A stretch of DNA of 63,315 bases, counting the filler, from Pelomyxa schiedti (Eukaryota; Protista; Evosea), in the NCBI GenBank assembly GCA_020536535.1. It is 10 parts of 10 records of this genome, joined end to end, with 100 filler letters (N's around TTAATTAATTAA, not from the genome) between each part and the next. Parts side by side here need not be neighbours in the genome. Positions count along the whole stretch, not along the records: positions 1 to 4,450 come from JAHLWZ010001593.1; positions 4,551 to 12,296 come from JAHLWZ010001340.1; 8 more parts are not named here. One strand, 5' to 3'. A model generated the notes under the pieces. It was given only the letters and a program-made list of their open reading frames with translations. It did no database searches and was not told where the DNA came from. Position 1 is the stretch's first letter. Each line of letters opens with the position of its first letter. Position numbers and translations under genes: made by a program. Shown piece by piece: positions 1 to 11,379 of the stretch.

Positions 1-3000
1 TCCACAAGTCACCATCCTCTGCAATCGAGATCACTCGTTGTTCCATTGGATGCTGGTTTCGATGAAGAGGAACTTGCGATTTGAGAGATTTGTGAGAGAG
101 GATGGGAGTGGTGAGATGTCATCGAGGATTGCAGCGACCCTCTCAGGGGGTGCCTCTGGATCAATCGGAACGTATCCCGAGCCGGTTTTCAGAACTCCGT
201 AAAGTGCCACGAACTGCTCGATTGATCTCTCTGCAATGATCGGAATCAACTTCCCCGGTCCAACCTCCGAGAATGATGATTTGAGGAAGTGTGCAAGTTG
301 GTTTGCTCGGTTGTTGAGTTCATCATAGCTCACTGTTTCATTCCCGAACATCAAGGCTGGGAGATTTCCATGCTTTGTGACGAACTCCTCGAACAGGAAG
401 TGAACTGCTTTTCTCGTTTCTTCTGTGGTTGTGGTGTTGAACACCTTCTCTGTGGAATTCCACTCTTTCGCTCGAACTGGAGCTCAAGGGAACCGTCGAT
501 CTGTGGAACAGCATTGAGGGTGAGATCGAACTTGGACATGACGGGGTGGATGTTGTAAAGAAGCTTCACGTCTCTTATTCCTTCCATGGCGAAGTTCTTC
601 TTGTTCACGAACTTCCAGTCGTCCATCACGAAGCTGACTTGAACGAGTGTGTGCATGCTCAGCCTTGGCTCGATTCCAACAGTGTCAACAATCCAGTCCA
701 ATGGTACATCCTGTGCCTCTTGTGCAGCAAGAACCTTGCTTTTCACTGACTCCAGTGTTTCCTTGAACGATTTTGATTCCTCAATGGTGGTTCTGATGGG
801 GAGTGTGTTCACGAAGAACCCAATCAGAGATTCCACACCAGGGTAATGCCTGTTCGCTGTTGGAATCCCAACAACGATGTCACCTTGTGGATTGGATGGT
901 GGTGCTGTGGTGGCCTCTTTGTCTGTTTTGGACCACCTTGGACTGTGAAGGTGCAAAAGGATGTTGAACACAGTGAGAACTGTCATGAACGGTGTGGCTG
1001 TGCTCATGCTCTTTCCCAGTGTTGTCAACGCCGAAAACAGTGACGGTGGGATCATGTGGATGTGGAATCCAGCGGAATAAGTTCGGTTGTCAGTCCTTGG
1101 CCTGTCGAGCGGAAGTTCGCAAACTTGATTGACTCCCTCAAGTTCCTTCTTCCAGAACAAGAGCTGCTTCTCTTTCAGGTTGTTGGAAGTGTTGAGGAGC
1201 AGTTCCCTTTGCCAAACTGCAAAGTCAGAAAACTGAAACGCCAGTGCAGGTGGTTCTGGTGGGATTTGTTTAGGAGCTGCTGCGATCTTCTCAGCTTTGT
1301 TGCCATTTTTCAACTGTTGCTCAATGAGCTGTGGTAGTGAGGGTGAAGACACCACCACGCGGTTGTATTGGAGAGAGAGCTCCCTTGTGAAAACAACCAT
1401 TGACCACCCATCAGTGATGATGTGGTGCGCAATGACGAAAAGAACGGTCTCTTCTTCGTCAAGTCGGAACAGGGTGAGCCGCAGAAGGGGCCCTGATTTC
1501 AAGTCAAACGGAGTGCTCACTTCCTTTTGGAATTCACCATTGAGCCACTTCTGTTTTGCTTCCTCGGTACCGTAACAGCAAAGGCTTTCGGTTGGTCTGA
1601 TGTATTGCACTTCGCGGAACTGGATTGCGTGGTCAGCATCCTGCACAGGGAGGATCAACTGAAACCCTTGGGATGTTGTTGATGTTGCTTCTTCCTCGTG
1701 TTCTGTCACGAACCTTGTGCGGAGGCTCTCGTGTCGAATCACAACAGAGAGTGCTGCCTTCAGCATTGCGCCACCATCAAGATGTCCAAACAAATGGGCA
1801 CCACCAAAGACAGAGTACTGAACTGAGTTCGGTTGGAGCTGATCCAAGAAGAACAGCCTGTGTTGCGTCAGTGACAGTGGTGCAACCTTTTTGCTCGACG
1901 TTGATGCTGACAAGGGCTTGATTGGTGGGAACTTGAACTTTGTTGCCGAGTTGGTTGATGTGAGGAGAGATGCCATTGACCTGATTGTTCTGGATGCAAA
2001 CAAATCGCTGAGGTTGAGGCTCAACCCCCGTTTGTCAGCGGATGCAATTGCCTTGAGCATTCCGATTGAGTCACCACCAGCCTCGAAGAAGTCCTCATCG
2101 ATCGATGATGGTTGTGATGGGAGGACCTCGCACCAAATCTCGAGAACCTTTCTCTCCATTGGTGTCAGAGTCTCTGTGTCAATTTTCGTCCTCAAAGGTC
2201 CGGTTGATGACTGTGTTGAGGGAGGCACCTTACGGGGGTCGTCATGAGCAGTGCCGCAGTTGATTAGGGTGGACTTCTTCTTGAACACAGACGAGCATAA
2301 GGCGTGAGTTAAAAAACCAACACCTGGTGGTCCAAAATCAAATATCTCGACTGCATCGCATCCTCTGTTGTGGGATAGAATCGCTCTGTTCATGTGTTGG
2401 AAGCGAACTAGAAGGGAAAATTCACTTGACAGTTTCTGGCCAATTGATAGGGAGTCCCATTGAGTCCACGTGAACTTGATCGCAATAACGATGTGTGTCC
2501 CACTTCACAACACAACATATGTTAATTGTCAACCAGATCAAGAGGGAGGGAAGGCGTGAACAACCTGGGATGTGTCCGCATTTAAACTCGTGCTGAAAGA
2601 GGCGGCACTGTTTGGAACAGGATTCCAGAGGGGATACTTTGTGGGTGGGATGCGGCCAAGGAATAGATTCAAAGCTTCAGATTGATAAAACGGTGCATGG
2701 AAGCCCTCCGACACTGGCAGAACTTTTACTTGATGTGGAGGAAAAAGACTCTGAAGTTTGGCCAGAGGAGTCGGGTGACCTGGAAACCAACGAATCAGTG
2801 AATGGCAGAGGGATAAAGAATCAAGTGGTGGTACAAACCAGAGACAACTGACTGGGTGGGTGTCAACCTGATCGACACAAAAAGTGGTGTGGAGGGGAAC
2901 TCGGAATTCACAGCTTCAATGTACTTCTCAAGCATGGCAACTGGAACCTTGAACATGCACATCCAACTCTTGGACATCACTTCTTTCCCCCACTGTTTGT

Positions 3001-4450
3001 TGTGTTCCTCAAGGATTGCAAGGGTCAAACGAAATCCTCTTCTGACGCAATCCAAGCACATGGCTTGAAATTGGGCCACCGAATCTGCAGAATGCATTTT
3101 AGGAAAACGGTAGCATTCCCCACGTCGGAAAAGGGATTATGTGGAACCTGCTTTGAGGATGGCAGACGTAGGTATTTGTCCAGCAGAATAACCCACACAG
3201 ACATCAAATGACCTCGCAAAAGCAAAGAATCTCTTGTTGCCATCGGGGTCATCCTCATCAGTGGAGCCTTGTCCAAGAGCAGAAATAAGAAAACAAGCAC
3301 ACGAATATATCGTTTGCAGTGGGACGCAAAATAAAGTCATCCCAAGAAGGCTTTTTGGTGGCTGGCTCTCTCGGTCATGAACCCTTTTTAAAGCAATTAG
3401 TAATAATATTATTTTATTTCAACAAAGTTAAGGTGATTAGAAGTGTGTGTTTTCTATTATTATTTATTTTTGTTGTTTGTCGCCACAAAAAGCAAAAGGA
3501 CAAATCCACAACGAAAAATAATCTTCACAAAATTTCCCAATCCCACAATTTCGCGTGCTATATATTGCGTTGTTGGCACATACCACGAGTGGGGATCGTA
3601 TTTCCTCGAGATGGAGCCGTATGGCCTAAAGAACGCATCGGCATCGGCACCCACCGCGTCGCACAGCCGGTTCATCGTTATGGGTTTGTTCACCGTGCGC
3701 GACATCCCATCGCACACTCCGCGGATCCACGGTCCCACAATCCCCGGCGACGCCGCCGACCACCCCGCGAGTTTGTCGAGCAGCCACTTCGAGATGTCGG
3801 TGTCCTCGTTGAATCCTGAGCACAACGCGATCCTACGGCTGCGATGTATGGGAGGTGGCGCCGATGTAGATACGGCAGCGCTTCCGTCCGCCGGTGACGA
3901 ATTTCGTTGTTCTTGCGAATTTTCTTGGCCTCGTAGGCAAGGGGTAAAACTGGGACTGTTCATGAGTTGGTGCTGAGGGCTGCGAGTGGTTTGTTCTTTG
4001 TTGTTTGCGGTTACGGACACCCTGCGGAAAACACTTCGGGAGTTTCGCAAGTGCATTCCAGTGAAATCATCCGTGGTTGCTTTGTACAGTTGTAGTACTT
4101 GGTCCTCCTGACACTCAATCCTTGATGGGAATCGGAAGAGTGGCAGGGGAATTAAGAGAATTCTCCTTATCCCTTTCGTACGATCGGTTCGTAGTCCTGC
4201 AGGGTACACTACACTCCTACATCCCTACAACACGTTGAGTTGTTTGCCCCCAAAAGCCAGGGGGTCCAGGGTTGTTAAGAATTTGATGTCTAATAAGTTC
4301 AGGAACCGGCACAAGTTCCTGATGTCCAGCAAATTGTTCCGAATATCAGAGACGTCATGACAACAACAGCGCCGAACAACAGCCACTTCTCCTACGCACC
4401 TTGTGAGGCCACGCAAACCAGTAATTAATGTCCACGAGCCACCACGCCGA
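1..4450 (-). CDS. Hybrid megasynthase, partial at both ends: unknown N-terminus, FAS-beta-type starter acyltransferase (SAT/AT), carrier (T), condensation (LCL-like), adenylation (start only). Two apparent frame lesions
   Basis: GT-AG splicing (e.g. intron 3583-3384) joins in frame: IALCSGFNED, KYDPHSW|VHDRESQPPKSLLGMTLFCVPL, VGYSAGQ, VVSG|HP, LPVSEGFHAPF, PINWPETV, IFDFGP. Carrier motif DFFEAGGDS. C-domain motifs PLSLTQHRLFFLDQL, RHESLRT, HHIITDGWS, LPLDRPR, IGFFVNTLPIR, KFDLTL. A-domain motifs SYDELNNRANQLAH and LKTGSGYVPID. Confidence 0.9.
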
Positions 4451-4550
4451 NNNNNNNNNNNNNNNNNNNNNNNNNNNNNNNNNNNNNNNNNNNNTTAATT
4501 AATTAANNNNNNNNNNNNNNNNNNNNNNNNNNNNNNNNNNNNNNNNNNNN
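4451..4550. other. Artificial contig-joining linker N44-TTAATTAATTAA-N44. Also at 12297-12396, 19039-19138, 20307-20406, 22783-22882, 26510-26609, 28085-28184, 47461-47560, 62039-62138
   Basis: The same six-frame-stop 12-mer sits centred in 100-bp N blocks nine times. Adjacency across these linkers has no biological meaning. Plain 100-N gaps lie at 13015-13114, 18269-18368 and 46179-46278. Confidence 0.97.
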
Positions 4551-5717
4551 TTTTGTTCCCTTCGTTGATTTCCTTTACACAGTTCAGCACAAGCCACTTC
4601 AACACATCCAAATGCCCATTTCTGCTCACTTCCTCCATGATGTGGAACACTCCCCTCTTGCCCCAGAATTCATCAAACAGAGTATCACCCCAATTACTCC
4701 CCACTGTTGACAAATCCAATAGGCTGGAGGAGCTCAGCTCGTCATGTGTGGTGACCCCAACCTAGAACAAAAATTCTTCAGAGCAGTTGCATGAGAGAGG
4801 GAGATAGACACACCACGCTGTCAGAACTTCTTCCAAGAATAGAATTGTCTCCGAAACTACCACTGCGTGGCCACAGACCCCACTTCTTTGCAAGTGTGGA
4901 GGATGAACTGCCACTGGTCTCTCCTCCCTCCTCACACCAGCACTCACACCCATTCTCCACGAACCTCTGAGCCATCTTCAAGTGTCCACCCACGCACAGC
5001 CCCCTCAGCACCGCCACCTGCTCCTTGGCCTTCCTCCTCCTCCCTCTCCATCTCCGTGTCCGTGTCCGTACCATCACCACCCCCTGCTGGTGATGACGTC
5101 AGGGGCAGCAGCAGGGCATTTCTGTAACCTGTCACATCCACACACGTGTCACCCTCCGTCTCCCACCAGCAGCAGCTCCCCATCACCCTGCTCGTTTTGT
5201 TTCTGATGAGCCACGCGACGCACCTCGGGCTGAGCGCCCCGGCGGCCGCCTCGATGGCCGCGTAGCGCCGCGAGCCGCAGTGGCACTTGCTGTGCAGAAG
5301 CAGCACGGCGCGGGAGGCCAGGGCCACCAGGGGGAACATCGCCTCGGCCGTGGCCAGCACGCACGACACCGTGGCGGGGCGAGGGAACAAGTCCCAGGTG
5401 TAGTAGCCAATGAACTTGGCAGGTTGCAGCAGCCAGGGCACCACCACTTGCTCCCACACGATACGAGACAGGGTCAAGATCGTAGTTGCGGGCGGAATGA
5501 AGTAGCTGTCACTACTTGATGGGTTGTGGAACTCGTGAGCGGGGATCGGCACCGCCGCCACGCTTTCGCTTTGGTTGTTCCTCATCAACGTTTTTCTTGT
5601 AACCATTTGAGGAGAATTTTCGTTTCGCCGCGTTTTGTTTTTGCAAAAGTGGCACAACGACTCCACAAACCCGCGTGGCGCCGCGGTCGCGCCGGTGTCC
5701 ACCGCCAGACGGGTCAC
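4551..5717 (-). CDS. Lineage-specific ankyrin-like repeat protein, 3-prime truncated by contig end, probably frameshifted near 5050-5100
   Basis: Ankyrin-like segments VLRGLCVGGHLKMAQRFV and EEVSRNGHLDVLKWLV lie in different frames from the upstream ORF 4944-5717. Confidence 0.5.
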
Positions 5718-5884
5718 AACAACAAACTACCTCGACGGAGTGACGAGTACCACGACGAGGTGGAGACCGCGAGGGGACCAAGTTGGTGCACCACCCGACG
5801 CACCCAACCCCCCTTGATGCGGCGCCCCCTCCTGCGACTTACGATGCCGACGACAGAGACAACAATGAATGTTTGAACTGATGT

Positions 5885-8607
5885 TCAGGAATTGAGGATG
5901 TTGAGGGCGGCAACAGCAGTGAGCCTGGCTGCTTTATCAGGGTCCATCATCCTAATCATCACTGACTCAAGCACTGAAACAGTGTGGGTGTTGTTCTGAT
6001 TGACATCTGGTGCTGCCGTCACTGCTGCTTTTGTTGGTTGTGGTTGCTGGTGGTGTCTTGACACTGATGAAAACAAAGGAATGCTGAACTCACTGAGGAG
6101 TGACTGGGTGTTGAAGGTGCTCATGTCATGGTTCAATGTGCTCCCAATGAATCTGTTGGATTGGGGCAGAAGAGCATCCCAAAAAGTGAGTGCAAGTGCA
6201 AAGGAGTCGCACTTTGAGTACGAGAACACACCACTTGTTCCCCTCGTGATCCTCTCGAGGAAAATGCTCAGCTCTGGTGGCATTGTGCCTGTGTTGCCCC
6301 AGGGTTGTGATGTGGCAGATATCATCATCTCCATGTTTGGGCAGTGCTGTGCCTCGCCAAAGTCGATGAGTGTCAGTTTCCCAATCTCTGGGTCAACGAG
6401 AATGTTGTCTCCCTTGATGTCCCTTGTTTGTTTTGTGAGACAAGGAGGATTGATTGGGCAAGGGGGATACAACCTGTGAACAACAAACTGTGACTCAATG
6501 TGGGAGATGGCCTTGAGTCCTTGAACAAACAGATTCTGTGCAACTTCAATTCTCATATTGTTGCAGGAGAGGAACGATGACAATGTGATGCCACAATGAG
6601 GCATGAGGATGGCCAACGACTTGTTGTCGCACAGCTCTCGAAAAATCGTTTGCTCTGTTGGTATTTTCTCGACAAATGGTGCTGGAAGGCTGTACAAAAA
6701 TTTCTTGAGTGAAAAGGCGGCTTGTGAAAATTACCAAGGGATGACCAAAGCACCAAGAGGGTGGATCACGTTTGGGTGATTGGGGACCAGTGAGAGTACA
6801 ACACACTCAGCCATGTATTTCCTCCGCAACGGCGTCTGTTGTGGGGTGTTCTCCCAGTTGAACATGATCTTCATCACCATGCCTGTTGTGGTTTTTGTTG
6901 GAGAAGCTGAAGCAGAAGAAGGTGCTGATGTTGGGGTGGTTGTGGAACTTTTTCTGCTGTTAGATGTTGCGGCTTTGAATTGTACTTTGAACACAGCAGC
7001 ATGTGAGCCTGTGCCAAGCAGTTTTTCCACCCAAAAATCACAAATATTTGCTGAAATCAGTGATGTCATTGTGTTAACAATTGCCTAATTGATTGGTGAT
7101 GATTGTGTATGTTTTGTGAGAGAAAGGAAGGAAACAACCTTGTATCTTTCCACTTCCTCTGTGCCGTATTTCCTCAGGTTTTCAACTGCAATTTGTTGTT
7201 GACATAGAGTTGCCTCTGTTTCCTTGAGACGCCTCACAAGTTGTTCCTTCTCCTTCTTTTTTTTAAAAAAGTGACTTTTAAAGTGACTTGTGTGTGAAGA
7301 GGAAGGAAGCTGCGAACCTTGTATCTTTCCACTTCTTCCACAAGTTGTTGCCTCATCTTTTCTGCCTGTGTCTGGACTAAGGTTTTTTAATGGTGGGGTA
7401 CTTAAACCTCTTCCTTCTCTTTTTCCAAGTTTGCCACTTGTTTCTTCAGAGAGCCAACCTGTTTCAAATTAATTTTTGAGTTAAAACTAACAAAACACAC
7501 CTCTGCAGAATGCCCCCTTTCTTGAAGGAGCTGTTCTTCCAAGTATTCAACTGTTTTTTTCAACTTGCCAACAATGGTATCTTGATGTTCTGCAGCCAAG
7601 TTGCACAGTGACCATGAAGGTGAAGAGGTCTCTGATGAGAGCATCTTGGCAGCACCTACGTGACCAAACTGAGCAGCCATCGCCAGCCAGTGTTCAGCAC
7701 CATCCCCAAGACACACACCAAGGTGAAACATTGAAACTGCATCACCACCCTCAGCACCCATCTGGAAATATCGAACAGCAGCTCTCTTGTCTGTTGGTGC
7801 TCCACAGTCTCCCCTTTGACAATGCTCTCCCAGTTCCCCAAGTGCCACTGCACCCCATGCTACCCTCTTTGCCTCGTTGAAAAACTCATTTGCCTTTCTG
7901 CTGTCCAGGTCAACACCAATGCCCCTCTCATGACAATACCCAAGGAACACCTTGGCCTTGTAACTGAGATAAGTCCCTGCAGCACCACTGTTGAGCAGTT
8001 CCACACCCTTGACCACATCCCTTGCCACACCACACCCCCACAAGTAGCACCACCCAAGGTATGCCTGCGCCTCTCTGCTGTAACTGGCAGACTGTTGGAA
8101 GAGATCCACAGCCTTTGCCCAGTCGATCTGTACACCATCACCACACAGATAACACGCACCAAGCCGCCACGAGTGCGCCTTGTCTCTGGCGATTGCGGCA
8201 GTGTAGAGTGACACGGCCCTCTGTTTGTCACACTCCACACCCACGCCGTGCTGGCAGCACCACCCGAGCCGAACCATTGCATCAGCATAGCCCAAGTCAG
8301 CAGCCATGTTCCACACAGACACCGCCTTGTACATGTCACGGCCGTACACATCACCAGGACTGTTGTAGTACTCATACGCAACCAACAACAGGCCACCGCC
8401 ATCGCGTGCGGCGCGGTACCAGCGCAGTGCCGCGTCCAAGTTCTTGACCAATCCACGGAGACCACTTTGGTAACACCGAGCAAGTTCACTCATTGCATTG
8501 GCGTCGCCTTTGTTTGCCTGCTCAACGAGTGAACCAATGTCACCTACGGTGTGTGTTGCTGCTGTGGCAGCGACCATTGCATATGATACCCAACCAACAG
8601 AACTCAT
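5885..8607 (-). CDS. Sel1/TPR-repeat, coiled-coil, Ser/Thr protein kinase fusion (multi-exon)
   Basis: Sel1 repeats (AMSELARCYQSG, AMVRLGWCCQHGVGV, AQAYLGWCYLWGCGV). Short exons at about 7140-7255 and 7320-7373 splice in frame to the kinase exon (LLGTGSHAAVFKV, VMKIM). A 51-nt intron (6473-6423) restores HRDIKGDN. DFG and CDSFALAL are present. Confidence 0.85.
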
Positions 8608-8841
8608 ATTTATTATTATCCTTCTTTGTTAGTCACAAACTGAGTTGCTCCAACGCGGCATTAAATGAAATCGGGTTGTGAAACCCAAATTCACCAGACT
8701 TGAAATCGCGATTGCGTGGAAGACATCAAGTGATCAACGGAAAAAATCACCGACATCTTCCGCACTTGGTTGGTGTTAAGGAAAATGTTAACAACCATGT
8801 ATATTATCTATTCATTTTAATGTAATAGAATGCATAGGGCA

Positions 8842-8895
8842 CGATCCTGAGCAACGATAACGAAAATGACAGCGTTCCGGTCTGTTGATTATTTT
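8842..8895 (-). promoter_or_regulatory. Conserved 54-bp non-coding motif, copy 1
   Basis: Reverse complement matches 27484-27537 at 50 of 54 positions. It lies about 235 bp upstream of the Sel1-kinase ATG, in sense orientation. Confidence 0.55.
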
Positions 8896-8960
8896 ATTCC
8901 ACGTTCTGGACAGCCACTTCGGGAATTCATTTCCACGTTTTTCTTGTGATTAGACTAAAC

Positions 8961-10379
8961 TCAGGAAGCATATGAGTAGCTGAGGAAAGCCAGAAGAGTG
9001 TCGGTCTCAGCATCAGTGATTACATACCTGCCTGGTTGTGACACACAACCCCACAAAAGAACTCCACCCACAAACTGGACCTGTGGGCTCCCCAGAAACT
9101 TCATTCGGGAACCATCTTGTGCATGTGGTATAACTCTCTCACAGTGGACGGTGCAGCATGGTGTTGAGAGGTTTCTGGCGTGGAACACCTGGAAAACATC
9201 ATCTGATGGTGCTGCACCAAAAAGGGTGCAACTGATTTGCCACGGCAAGCCATGAAAGGTGTTGGTATGTTTGGTGGTGGTGTCGAAGATGTTGAAACCC
9301 GCACCATGCTTCCCAACAGAAACAATGCGAATGGGATCACAACCCAGAATGCCAATGTGATGCCACCATCTGAGGTCCATTGGGAGAGGCAACGGCTCAC
9401 TCTTGAGCACAAGCTCCCTCTGGTTGAAGCTCTCCTTCAAGTCAATGTGCCACAGGAAAGACGTCAACCCTCCATCTGTTGGGTTTGAAGCTGTCACGAG
9501 CAACACGTCAGGATCATCCTCATAGAATGCAGCATCGATAGGGTGCTGAGTCACACTGATTTTTGCGGCTCTGCCACCCAGCAGAACGTCGTCAGGACCA
9601 CCCAGCCTCCACAATGCCACCCCCGTTCCCTCGGTCAACACAATCCACCTTCTGTTGCACAACTGGTGGTTCACAACATCAGGGGACCAATCCGTTGTAT
9701 AGCCCATGTGCGCAGACACCCTGCGCCCACTGCCACTGACAATCTCCATGGCAACCCCAACTACCCCAGGGCCCTTCTTCACCACAACCAGCCTCTCACT
9801 CTCACCTTCAGTCCTGCTTGTACTTTGCGTCATTGTAGCCTCCGAGGCCCCTACCTCTCCCGCCGACGCCGATGATGATGATGATGAAGATGATGACGAC
9901 GATGGTGGTTGTGGTGGTGGTTGTGGTGGCGACACACGCCCAATGTGGCCGATCAGCTGGCCGAATTCCTGGTCATCGTAGGTCACCACGAACTGCGCGG
10001 ACCTCACGACGCCCAGAGTCGGGGACAGGCACAGCCACAAGTGCGCCTTGGCGTAGCTCCTCCACTGGTCGCCGGGCCGCGTGATCTCCACCGACACGGT
10101 CCCCGCCACGTCCCGGCACCCGCACACCACCCAGTCCCGCCCGAGCTGCGCGAGCACCGACGGCGACGAGGCGAGGAGCCGCGTTGCTGGCGACGCCTGG
10201 CTGGTCCTGGCCACGGCCGACCCGCACGCGAACGCGACGAACTGGTCCGCGGCAGACAGGGCGACGTCGAGGGTGATTGTGGGTGCGCTGTGTGCGCAAG
10301 GCGGAAATACTGCTGCTGTGGGTGGTGACGATGTGGCGGGAGTTGACTTTCTGTTTGTGCTGCTGGTTGTGTTGCCCAT
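8961..10379 (-). CDS. Intronless lineage-specific protein, possibly N-myristoylated (MGNTTS), with N-terminal DQFVAF module and possible degenerate beta-propeller
   Basis: Open frame of about 470 codons. The module AADQFVAFACGS...QLGRDWV resembles the one in the ORF at 27687. Confidence 0.7.
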   Translation of the reverse strand: MGNTTSSTNRKSTPATSSPPTAAVFPPCAHSAPTITLDVALSAADQFVAFACGSAVARTSQASPATRLLASSPSVLAQLGRDWVVCGCRDVAGTVSVEITRPGDQWRSYAKAHLWLCLSPTLGVVRSAQFVVTYDDQEFGQLIGHIGRVSPPQPPPQPPSSSSSSSSSSSASAGEVGASEATMTQSTSRTEGESERLVVVKKGPGVVGVAMEIVSGSGRRVSAHMGYTTDWSPDVVNHQLCNRRWIVLTEGTGVALWRLGGPDDVLLGGRAAKISVTQHPIDAAFYEDDPDVLLVTASNPTDGGLTSFLWHIDLKESFNQRELVLKSEPLPLPMDLRWWHHIGILGCDPIRIVSVGKHGAGFNIFDTTTKHTNTFHGLPWQISCTLFGAAPSDDVFQVFHARNLSTPCCTVHCERVIPHAQDGSRMKFLGSPQVQFVGGVLLWGCVSQPGRYVITDAETDTLLAFLSYSYAS

Positions 10380-10456
10380 TCCCAACGTTTGTTGAAGTTG
10401 TGGAGTTTTTTGATGATTCGTTCATTTTCGTTCATTCATTTTACACCGGGGGGCGA

Positions 10457-10630
10457 ATCAAATGAGAAAAACAGAATTTTTTAGTGAGCAAGGCAGGGTG
10501 AAGCGGCCCGATTTTGCCGGGATTTGTTGATGTTTTGTCCGCGGGGCGTTGGCGCGGCGCCGCGGCGGCAGCGCGGCGTGTGTGTTCGTTGAATCGGGTC
10601 TCGCCGCGGCTGCGCGGCCTTGACATAAAT
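10457..10630 (-). repeat. GC-rich dispersed element, copy 1 (left arm of an inverted pair)
   Basis: 10492-10610 is the reverse complement of 12176-12296 apart from two 1-nt indels. Confidence 0.9.
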
Positions 10631-11352
10631 GGGTTTTGGCGATTGTTCAGTGGCTTGTGTCTTTTCATTATCACAAAAGAAATCGACGACGAGGGGAGGC
10701 CATGCCGCCAGTGGTGAGGAGGAGCAAGCGGTACTCTCCCATTTGCTTTTTGTTGTCTTCTTCCCCACAACTGTTCTGTTTGCTTGTTTATTATTTTATT
10801 TATCGGAGTGGTGTTTTTGATTTTATTATTAAAATACAAATTAAATTTGATTTATTGTAAATAATTACAATGTATTAACCATTATTATTAAAAATTTAAT
10901 TTATTATATAATAATAAATTAAATTTAATGGTTATATATGCGTATTAATTAATAATATATTATCTATTATTAATTACGCCTCCAGTTCTTTTTTCCATTC
11001 GACCTGTATTAGAAGTCTCCACATTACACCAGTTTTTACGCCGCTTTCAACCTGTATTAGAAGTCTCCGCTTTCCGCCAGTATGTGGCTTCTTCTTTCTT
11101 CGTTTTCTCACGTAGGATAATTTAGGTGCCGGACGTGGTGGCTATAATCCCAGCTGGCTAGGTTTTTCTTATACTGGCACGGTGGTATGTAGCTTTTTTT
11201 TTTTACAGCTGCGCCAGCTGCCCAGATGGCAACCGCCAACGTACATCCCTCCCCCCTCGTCATCCAACTCAAAGTACTAGGTACCAACTGGGTACCAGGC
11301 CGAATTCCACACACTCACTCTCACCATCCTCACCTCACACCTCTATGTACAA

Positions 11353-11379
11353 GCCTGAAGTCGAAAATCGACTTCAGGC
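11353..11379. other. Perfect 12-bp hairpin GCCTGAAGTCGA-AAA-TCGACTTCAGGC followed by an A-run
   Basis: Read directly from the sequence. Confidence 0.85.

Noticed and set aside
4495-4506. TTAATTAATTAA as piggyBac TTAA target sites or a biological repeat
   Set aside because: It is always centred in identical N blocks, so it is an artificial six-frame-stop linker. ORFs ending in LIN there are artefacts.
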